DNA from: Octopus vulgaris
Taxonomy: Eukaryota
Direction: 5' to 3'
Assembly (NCBI GenBank): GCA_951406725.2
Contig: OX597835.1
Span: 16,244,001-16,308,000, forward strand
DNA: 64,000 nt
Part shown: positions 54,417-64,000 of the stretch, one piece after another
How the letters are laid out: each line of letters starts with the position of its first letter
Numbering within the stretch: position 1 is the stretch's first letter
Position numbers and translations under genes: made by a program
The notes under the pieces: generated by a model
Told to the model about the DNA's origin: nothing
The model's input: only the letters and a program-made list of their open reading frames with translations
Database searches by the model: none

Positions 54417-55221
54417 ATACATATATAAAAAAAAAGAGCCTAAACTATTATACATTCAACAGATCATAGTACATTGCTACCCTACACAACGTTATACGTC
54501 ATTATACAAATTTATTTCAATTTTAAAAAATCTCATCAAACAATTTATTTAATCAAGAAAATAAAAGAAAAAAGAAAATGAAATCTGGTTTTATAAAATC
54601 TGTCGCGTTTTGGTAAATAGTCCTACAAGATTTACTTCCCTTCTATTAGAAATTACATCCAGTTCAATTCTCATTTTTTCTCCTTGCCTCGCGATGATGC
54701 CTCAGTATCATCGGTTTGATCGAATATTTATCAGCCTTGGACTGCGCTGCGCCCATGCTGGGGCACTGCTTTAAAGGTTTTAGTTGAACAAATCAATTTT
54801 CTTTTTACTTTTTCATTCTTTCTTTCTTTCTCTCTCTCTTTCTTTCTTTTTTCTTTCTCTCTCTTTCTCTTTCTTTCTTGCTTTCTTTCCTTTCCTTCTT
54901 TCTTTTCTAAAAAACAGTCTGGTGCTAATTCTTTCGGTCTCTTTGGCCGAACTGTTTGTTTGTTACGAGGATGTAAACAAACAAACACCAGTTGTCAAGC
55001 GGTTGGTCGGGGGTGGAGGGAGACACAAAGGCACACGGACACACTCACACAGACACATATATGTATACATACATACATGTACACGCACATATACATATGC
55101 CCACACAGACATATATACAGAAAGGCATACACATACACACACCCACCCACACACATACATACATATATATAATTTCTTCACATTATTTTGAATTAACGAA
55201 GCATTCGGATTTTTGTACCTA

Positions 55222-55424
55222 TCTCTTTTTACTCTTTTACTTGTTTCAGTCATTTGACTGCGGCCATGCTGGAGCACCGTCTTTAGTCGACCAAATCGAC
55301 CCCGGGACTTATTCTTTGTAAGCCCAGTACTTATTCCATCGGTTTCTTTTGCCAAACCACTAAGTGACAAGGACGTAAACACACCAGCATCGGTTGTCAA
55401 GCAATGCTAGGGGGACAAACACAT

Positions 55425-55466
<42 letters not shown>

Positions 55467-56005
55467 GTTTATTCTTAAAATGGCATTGTAGGGTAGTGTG
55501 AGAGGCCTGATCTAACTTGTTTGTACACAAAACAGGAAAAAATATTTGGGGGCCGGATGTAGCTGGTTTAAATACTAAAAGGGTTAAGGCAGCAAACTGC
55601 CACAATTATTAGCATGTCAGATAAAATGTTTAGCAACATTTGTTCTGAGTTCAAATCCTGCCAAGGTTAACTTTGCCTTTTATCCTTTTAGGGTTGTGAT
55701 AAAGTAGACACCAATTGAGCACTGGGGTGGATATTATTGATAAACCCCACCCCACACACACACAAATTTCAGACCTTGTACCTATCTCTTTTTACTGTTT
55801 TACTAGTTTCAGTCATTTGACAGCAGCCATGCTGGAGCACCGCCTTTAGTCGAGCAAATCGACCTCGGGACTTATTCTTTGTAAGCCCAGTACTTATTCT
55901 ATCGGTCTCTTTTGCCGAACCGCTAAGTGGCAGGAACGTAAACACACCAGCATCGGTTGTCAAGCAATGCTAGGGGGACAAACACAGACACACAAACACA
56001 CATAT
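55222..56005 (-). mobile_element. Two SINE B 3' halves (55222-55440, 55788-56005) flanking MITE F and SINE D remnants
   Basis: Homology to other copies; both preceded by ttgtacctatctctttttt?act-type flank (ttgtacctatctc). Confidence 0.85.
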
Positions 56006-56007
56006 AT

Positions 56008-56235
56008 ATCATCATCATCGTCGCTTAACGTCCGCTTTCCAAGCTAGCATGGGTTGGACGGTTCAACTGGGGTCTAGGAAGCCCGAAGGCTGCACCAGGC
56101 CAGTTTCTACAGCTGGATGCCCTTCCTAATGCCAACCAATCCGTGAGTGTAGTGGGTGCTTTTTATGTGCCACCGACACAGGTGCCAGACGAGGCTGGCA
56201 AACGGCCACGCTCGGATGGTGCTTTTTACGTGCCA
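56008..56235 (-). mobile_element. Family A copy
   Basis: Matches the 6172 copy. Confidence 0.8.
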
Positions 56236-57629
56236 TGTGTGTGTGTGTGTGTGTGTGTGTATGGCCATGGTTCAATGAGTGAAACAAATAAGAAATGAAA
56301 GATAAAGAACAGAAAATAAGAAAAATAATGAACGGCTGAACGTAACTTTATGTCTTTTGGTTGAAAACTCAAACATTTTTTTCTGAATTGTACAACTTTT
56401 AACTTACCTTGTTCCAACAAATTTCAGAATTTTCTTATCTGTCATTATCTTAGATGAGTTCCTTTAATTTCCCCAACAGAATGGTGAGGGTGATGGGTAA
56501 GAACAGATGGTGTACCAAACCAAATGTTTTATGGAACTTACAGACAGGTCTCCATATTCTGAGTTCAAATCCCATCATAGGTGACTTGGTCTTTCCACAT
56601 TATGGCACCTAAGGTAAATATCTTCTATTATAGCTCTGAGGCAATCAAAACCCTAAGAGTGGATCTAATAGATGGAAACTGAAAGAAGCCCATCATGAGA
56701 GTGTGTATATGTATATGTGTATATATATATATAGGGAAAAAAAAGTCAAGGTATGCAAATATTCTTTTAAAAAACTTTTCTTTTAATTATTCTAAATTCA
56801 ATTGTTTTTCCATATTCACAGTTAAAAAAGTCTCAATGACTGAAACTGGTACTGAAATGCTTTTTATAAAATTACTTTAGCATTTTCTACCTTGACTCTT
56901 TTTTTTCCATATATATCAACTCACGTGTTCCTTTTCAACCTTCTTCACACACACACATATATATATACCCCCTCCAAAGCCCAACCATTCTCCTCACCGT
57001 GGTGCTGGGGGTGGCAACGGCATATGGTAAGTATGCTGGCTAAATGGCTCTGGCCTGGCCACCTACCCCAGATATATATATATACACAAAGTATACATCT
57101 GTTTTCCCATGCTGGCATGGGTTAGATGAATATATTATTGAGGCATTGTTTTACAACTAGATGCCTTGCTGTCTCTAACCCACTCCCCCACCTTAAGTAA
57201 ATAGATTGGCATTAGCAAGAGCATCCAGCTGTTGAACCATGCCAATGATGACATTGGAGCGTGATACAGCCCTGTGGCTTACCAGTTCCCTTTCAAATTC
57301 TTTGAAATGTTTTCCAAATTCATCACAGAGCCACTACCATGAGGTCAATTTGCTCAACTAAATGCGGTGCTCCAGCATGGCCGCAGTCAAATGACTGAAA
57401 CAAGTAAAAGAGTACAAATTGCGGGGTTTAGTTCACAGGTGATTAGGTATCCTAGGTAAGTGCTGTAGTGGATTACTAGGGCTCCAAGGTTATAGCCGAG
57501 ACGGTAGTTATGGAGCCATTGCAGATTTTCGATATAGTTGGATATATAATTGTTAAACAGAACATCAAACATTAAGGCAAGGCAAACATCTCAAGCCATA
57601 TACAATATTATTATAGGAAGGAATTCAAA

Positions 57630-57686
57630 ATCTTAACAGCTGTTTCTGGGATATCCCCGAATATGGGATATTCCGTCATCAGAGAC
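57630..57686 (-). ncRNA. Type-I hammerhead ribozyme motif
   Basis: gtct-CTGATGA-cgg.atatccc/gggatat.cca-GAAAC-AGCT-GTT-aagat. Confidence 0.65.
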
Positions 57687-57776
57687 AAATAAGGGGAAAA
57701 AAATATGGAAAATGAGAATGCTATATATCAATAAGATGACAACATTCTCATTTTCCATATTTTTTTCCCCTTATCT

Positions 57777-57832
57777 GTCTCTGATGACGGAATATCCTAC
57801 ACTCTGGGATAACCCAGAAACAGCTGTAAGAT
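57777..57832 (+). ncRNA. Type-I hammerhead ribozyme motif with canonical core
   Basis: gtct-CTGATGA-stem II-GAAAC-AGCT-GTA-agat; predicted cleavage after 57828. Confidence 0.75.
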
Positions 57833-57929
57833 TTTGAATTTCTTCCTATAATAATATTGTATACAACTTGAGATGTTTGCCTTGCCTTAATGTTTGACAT
57901 TCTGTTTAACAAATATATATATATATATC

Positions 57930-58185
57930 ATTTACTTGTTTCAGTCATTTGACTGTGGCCATGCTGGAGCACCACCTTTAGTCGAGCAAATTGACCCCAG
58001 AACTTATTCTTTGTAAGCCTAGTACTTATTCTATCAGTCTCTTTTGCTGAACCGCTAAGTTACAGGGACGTAAACACACCAGCATCAGTTGTCAAGCGAT
58101 GTTGGGGGGGATAAACACAACACACAAACATACACATATATATACAATGGGCTTCTTTCAGTTTCCATCTACCAAATCCGCTCAC
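57930..58185 (-). mobile_element. SINE family B, 5'-truncated
   Basis: Homology to other copies. Confidence 0.88.
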
Positions 58186-58374
58186 AATGTCATCATTGGC
58201 ATGGTTCAACAGCTGGATGCTCTTGCTAATGCCAATCTATTTACTGAAGGTGGGGGAGTGGGTTAGAGACAGGAAGGCATCTAGCTGTAAAACAATGCCT
58301 CAATAATATATTCATCTAACCCATGCCAGCATAGGAAAACAGATGTAAAACGAACAAATAGATGGATGAATAAT

Positions 58375-58547
58375 TTAACCCTTTAGCATCTAAACTGGTC
58401 ATTTCCAACCGAAATATTCTACCCATTTTGTGTTCAGACTGGCCAGATCCAGCCTCTCACACCAACCCTACAAAGTCATTCATAAAATAAACAATGTGAA
58501 CCAATAAGTATTGCATTTGGCAGAATAATTTGAATTCTAAAGGGTTA
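58375..58547 (-). mobile_element. piggyBac-type MITE F, internally deleted
   Basis: ttaa|ccctttag ... ctaaaggg|ttaa. Confidence 0.8.
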
Positions 58548-58657
58548 AGTCATGTTCTTGGCATTTAACAAGAGACTATTGTCAACTTCAGAAATTGGTT
58601 CAGTGTTTGATCAAGTGAGATTCCCATAGTGACCACCTCATCTATAACATTAACAAT

Positions 58658-58969
58658 TTTTTTGTTTGTTTGTTCCTTCTCGAGCCACGCCTGGCTCATA
58701 AGGGCCGGCTTCCCGGTTTCCTTGGCGGATAGGTTCCCCACCTTGACGGGACGCCGGTCCGTCAAAGGTGAGCTGCAAGATGCAGGAGGAAAGAGTGAGA
58801 GAAAGTTGTGGCGAGAGAGTCAGCAGAAGTTCGCCATTACCTTCTGCTGGAGCCGTGTGGAGATTAAGTGTTTCGCTCATAAACACATACATCGCACGGT
58901 CTGAGATTCGAACCCGCGATCCCTCGACCGTGAGTCTGTTGCTCTAACCACTAGGCCATGTGGCTCCAC
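58658..58969 (-). mobile_element. SINE family C relative, tail type 5
   Basis: tggcctagtggttagagc A box, gggttcgaatc B box; 12-bp target duplication aacattaacaat. Confidence 0.88.
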
Positions 58970-59049
58970 AACATTAACAATGGCTGAGCCGGAGAGAGAG
59001 AGAGAGAGGGAGAGAGAGAGAGAGAGAGAAAGAAAGTTAGTTAGTTAAT

Positions 59050-59245
59050 TTTTTGGCTCAAAAAGCAAAAAGCAAGGCCATGTAGGGGGACATGGAGTTA
59101 TGTGCAGGGTGGTGTTCATGTAAAGAGTTCAGGCTACTTGTGGTCAAGGGAGACTTTGAACTGAGTGGTCGTCGGCATCTTCACTATCTCGTCCAGCAGC
59201 TTATTCCACGGATCCGCAACCCGGACGGAGAAAGCCCCTCTCCTT
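59050..59245 (-). mobile_element. CR1-clade LINE 3' end
   Basis: Reverse complement of the 12362 and 13265 copies. Confidence 0.82.
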
Positions 59246-59452
59246 TGTAGGTTTGAAGAATTGCTGACTTTGTCTTGGACAGTGATTAACCCTTTTGTTA
59301 CCATGTTTCTCTTGAATTAAACTCTCTTTATTTCAACCAATTTTGAAAATAATTAAGAATTTACTAGAATATTTTTGTCATTACTAAGCTGGTAATTGGG
59401 TCATAAATTAACGTAGAAGCTTAGTGGGAAATTTTTTATTTAGATCCGAAAT

Positions 59453-59712
59453 TGATCAACATCAATGGAAATTGCAGCTGTGATACCAGTGCCGGTGGCA
59501 TGTAAGAGAACCATCCGAACGTGCCGGTGGCATGTAAAAAGCACCCACTACACTCACGGAGTGGTTGGCGTTAGGAAGGGCATCCAGCCGTAGAAACACT
59601 GCCAGATCAGACTGGGCCTGGCGAAACCTCCTGGCTTCCCAGACCCCGGTCGAACCATCCAACCCATGCTAGCATGGAAAACGGACGTTAAACGACGATG
59701 ATGATGATGATC
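59453..59712 (+). mobile_element. Family A copy
   Basis: (GAT)n tail and homology to other copies. Confidence 0.82.
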
Positions 59713-61004
59713 TTAAAATGGGAAGTTTGTACCATGGAAGCAAGGCTGGTTTTGGGCAGGTGAGTACCAAAGGTGTTCACAGGTAAAAACAGACGGGCTC
59801 TCATTGAATATGTAAACATCCAGATTGAAGCTAAACAACAACAACAACAACAAACATTTGACAACATGAACAACAACAACAACAATAAATAATAATAATA
59901 ATAATAATAACAACAACAACACAAAGAGAGCCAAATTCATTGACATTATTTTTCTTTATTTAAGTCTGGGAATATTTCATCTTTGATTACATTATGAGGG
60001 CAGACATTTAGTGAAGAGGAGGAGAGGAAGAAGAAGGAGTCAACAAATAGAAGAGAGAGAGAGAGAGAGTAGGAACAGGAACCGTGGAAACATAAAAATT
60101 GTAAAAAAAAAAAAAAAAATCAAAAAACAAAAACAAAAAATAAACAAAAAACAAAACAAACAGCAAAGATGAGAAGACTAATCATTATTATTATTGTTGT
60201 TGTTGTTGTTGTTGCTGCAAGTGGTAACAGTGGTGATAATAATAATAATAATAATAATAATAATTTATAATAATAATAATAATAATTATAATGATTTTTT
60301 AGGCTGAAAGAACAAGAAAGAAAGTTACAAAAAAAGTTATAACCGAAGAAGATAAATTAAAGGTGAAGTGTTGGGGGAGGTGGGTGTGGGGTGGGGTGGG
60401 GTGAAGTAATCAAGGTGTAGATTGGGGGTGTGTGTGGAGGTTGTTTTTGTAATGAGAAGGGGGTAGCGGTGGTGGTGGTAGTGGTGGTGGTGGTTGTAGT
60501 GGTGGTGGTGGTGAAGTTCTATCGTGAGTTTGTAAAAAGGCTATGGGCCCCGGAGAACAGGGTACGAAGTAGAAGTAAAGGAGACATTAATTTCGAATCA
60601 TGATTCCCAAACTGATTGTCGTTGTTATTACAGTTACCTTTTAATTAATTTTTTTTTTTTTTTTTAAATCATCATCATCATCATCATCGTCGTCGTCGTC
60701 ATCGTCATCATAAGCCATCATCATCATCATCGTCATCGTCATTGTCAATGTCATCATCATCATCATCGTTATTAATTATTCTCTCTCGTCTGTCATAATG
60801 TGATGACAACAACCTTGGATATCCTCACAAGCTACTTTTATCGATTCGTCGAAGGAAAATATTTTTTTGCTTTTTTTTTGTTCAGTACAAAAAAGAGAGA
60901 GAGAGAAAGAGGAGGGAGAGAGAGGGAGGGAGAGAGAGAGAGAGATAAATTCTATCTTTAGAGAGTAACCCGCTTGTTATATATAATTGAGTGAGAGAAT
61001 GGAA

Positions 61005-61615
61005 TACAGGAGTTGTCAGCAGACTTTAGGGTAGAGGTGTGTCCACAGAGTTTATGATAGATACAAGAGTATCCGGATTATAAGAGTATCCAGATTGTAA
61101 GAGATATGTGAAAATCCACAGATCCGCAGACATTGTTTTAAGACAGAGACAGGAGTACTCACAAAGATTTATGAGATAGAGACAGGATCATCTTAGAGTA
61201 TCCACAGAAAATACTTTTAACACAGATACAGGGGTATCCATAGACAGACTTAAGAGACAGGAGAATCTACATATTAAGAAATACAGGAGTATCCACAGAC
61301 AGAATTTTAAGACAGATACAGGAGTACTCAGATTTTAAGACAGGGACAGGAGTACCCAGATTTTAAGATAGGGACAGGAGTATCCAAATTTTAAGATAGG
61401 GACAGGAGTACCCAGATTTTAAGATAGGGACAGGAGTACCCAGATTTTAAGATAGGGACAGGAGTACCCAGATTTTAAGACAGATACAGGAGTACCCAAA
61501 TTTTAAGATAGGGACAGGAGTATCCAGATTTTAAGATAGGGACAGGAGTATCCAGTGAGAGACTATTAAGACAGAGAGTTAGAATCCACAGACTTTTAAA
61601 GATTACAGGAGTGTC
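61005..61615. repeat. 28-bp minisatellite (gggacaggagtacccagattttaagata)
   Basis: About nine near-identical units at 61305-61555, with degenerate units on both sides. Confidence 0.92.
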
Positions 61616-61624
61616 GAAAGAGGA

Positions 61625-61764
61625 GGCGGCGGATTTGAATGGCGTCAAAATGTGAATAGTGTTTGTTTGGAGATACAGTGAGATATCTGGGAATGATCTG
61701 AGAGATTTTGGTGAGAATCGGTTCTAGTAAATAACACAACAGACACTGCCTCTAGATGGCAGCA
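61625..61764 (+). promoter_or_regulatory. CDE/CHR-like and CTCF-like motifs
   Basis: GGCGG-N4-TTTGAA at 61625-61639; tgcctctagatggcagca at 61747-61764. Confidence 0.3.
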
Positions 61765-62536
61765 GGAGTTCTACTGATAGCAACAAGGTCCTTTAGAAGA
61801 AGTATAAAATATACACCCTGGACAAAAATGTGATGTAAGTGTTGACAAGAAATTGTCCTGTTTGCTTTGCTTTTTTTTTTGTTTGTATATATTTATATTT
61901 ATAATTTTTTTTTTTTCACATTTTCTTCAAATTTCAGAGTAAAAATAACCCTCCATTCCTTTATTTTGGGAGATTCCTGAAGATGTTTCTGGAACTGGCA
62001 AATGAAAACATAAATAAAAATAAAAAGAAACAAAACTGGGAAGAATAAATTAAAAAAAAGCAAAAACAAAAAACCAAAAAATACAAAAAAAAAAAAAAAA
62101 ATTTCAAAAATGGAAATAATAATAATAATAATAATAATCAGAAAAAATGTTTTTCTTTATGAATTTTATTTAAATGTTAATAACCTTGCCAAAACACTAA
62201 TGATAATAGAAGTATACTGTCTGTTGTTGGAAATAAAATTGACTTGCAGTGAAACGGGTGGTGGGAAAAGAAATCAAAAGCATGGCAAGAGGTTATGAAA
62301 CAGTTTGGTTTGCTCACCATGATTCAATGGAATTATTACATAATTGAACTGGATGATCATCAGTTGGACAAAGCACAACACACCTGATATCATGACATTG
62401 GTTTTCTTTTATACAATTCGACACACCAAAAATTTCTTTCCATGGCATGGTTATTATATATATATATAGATGTGTGTGTGTGTGTGTGTGTATGTGTGTA
62501 TATTTAAATGTATGTTATGTGTATATATATATATAT

Positions 62537-62568
<32 letters not shown>

Positions 62569-62614
62569 TACATGTTAAAAGTATTTAAATATATACTGTG
62601 ATTTTGAAAATTCT

Positions 62615-62670
<56 letters not shown>

Positions 62671-62683
62671 AAATATATATATA

Positions 62684-62811
62684 CTTTATTTAAAAGCAGC
62701 AGAAATTCAACAAAACCTGTTACTCGGAGTTTCACAAAAACTGTCCGACGAACGGGAACGTGAAACTCCGAGTAATAGGTTTTGTTGAATTTCTGCTGCT
62801 TTTAAATAAAG
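62684..62811. mobile_element. Fold-back element (52-bp arms) between (TA)n tracts
   Basis: Arms 62684-62735 and 62760-62811, one mismatch. Confidence 0.9.
62741..62778 (+). ncRNA. Minimal type-I hammerhead motif with U4C core variant
   Basis: ctgt-CCGACGA-acg-ggaa-cgt-GAAAC-tccga-GTA-atag; predicted cleavage after 62774. Confidence 0.65.
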
Positions 62812-62882
62812 CATATTACTCTACCCCTGGTATTTGAGTACTCTTTTTTTCCACCTTGTTTCACATTTATGTGTTTACTCCA

Positions 62883-62935
<53 letters not shown>

Positions 62936-63158
62936 ATGTATAAATACACGTGTGTATGTATATATATATAAATATATATGCATTGGTCATAAAAAACATT
63001 ATTGTCACATGTAAATATAACTTGGAGTCAAAGTAGGTACAAAGGATTCTGGTTGTCCAGTCTTTACAAGTCAGTTCTTTTTAGCATAAATTATTTTTTT
63101 GTCAGCTTGTTTGCCTTTTCCTTCACAAGAGATGATAATCAATGAATCAATCATTAAT

Positions 63159-63199
<41 letters not shown>

Positions 63200-63382
63200 C
63201 ACACTATAAACAAATGACAGATTTGGGGATGGGAGTGGGATATTCTGTAAATTTGTTAATATAAAAAAAAAAAAAATGTTTGTTTCTCCATAATCATTTC
63301 TATTGTATGCAGTTCGTGTTTAAATGGAGTTGGTTTAAAATGGGAAAGAATTATATATATATAATTATTGGGATTAACTAAG

Positions 63383-63498
63383 CTACTGATGGTTTCATGG
63401 AAATTTCACAAGTTTTCAAGCGTTTCGTTTAAGTATGTTGGTAATTCCTCTTCATGTTTCATAAAAAATTGTGAAATCACCTGCATGAAACCAGTGGT
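63383..63498. repeat. Degenerate fold-back element
   Basis: tggtttcatg/catgaaacca and atttcacaa/ttgtgaaat arms; minus-strand loop has aTGAAGA...cGAAAC. Confidence 0.6.
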
Positions 63499-63559
63499 AA
63501 CATTGTTAATTTCAAATAAAGAATGCAGTTCTGAGTGCTTGGTCTTATTGTTCAATGCT

Positions 63560-63645
<86 letters not shown>

Positions 63646-64000
63646 CATACACACACATATTCTACAACTTCCCAGATTACATTTCAGTATTCCATCCATA
63701 TTGGCATGTAAAGGGGATTTTTTCACAGAAATAATTTTTTCTTCTTCCATGCAAAACATTAGACTAACCTTCTCTCTCTCTATCTCTTTTTTCTTTCTAG
63801 TTTTATTTCTCATCAACACATACAGATATCTGAGAACTATTTTGATGGAGAATAAGACAACAAAAAAAAAAAATGAATTCAAAGAAAGTAATTTCCTCCT
63901 TCCTTTGTATTATTATTATTATTATTATTATCATCATCATTATTATTGTTTGAGAGGTACTGGGTGGAAGAGAGATAACAGTGCACTAAGGATAATAACA

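Larger units (their letters stand above)
57550..57912. mobile_element. Long fold-back element (~170-bp arms, 22-nt loop), probably Penelope-like pLTR-derived
   Basis: Arms 57550-57720 and 57743-57912; each arm contains a hammerhead motif. Confidence 0.85.

Overview
AT-rich, repeat-saturated eukaryotic (animal) DNA. The SINE families and extreme microsatellite load look to me like an octopus/coleoid cephalopod genome; this is recognition from memory, not a database result. I find no intact protein-coding gene, and almost the whole ORF track is microsatellite or SINE read-through. Recognisable content: several tRNA-headed SINE families (labelled B, C, D, E here); 5'-truncated LINE ends of RTE, CR1, L1/Tx1 and R4/Dong type; a decayed mariner transposase; piggyBac-type (TTAA) and hAT-type MITEs; mini- and microsatellites; and a few unique CpG-richer islands with promoter or splice signals (a minus-strand first exon near 24.0-24.1 kb, a plus-strand exon at 40.85 kb). 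The most interesting signal is a set of short fold-back (inverted-repeat) elements next to (TA)n tracts. Several carry minimal type-I hammerhead ribozyme motifs of the kind known from Penelope-like elements, in at least four unrelated sequence contexts and with non-canonical cores. Also notable: a SINE sharing its 3' tail with a Tx1-like LINE, one SINE head carrying five different tails, and a nested 1.25-kb inverted structure. Coordinates of degenerate repeats are approximate.
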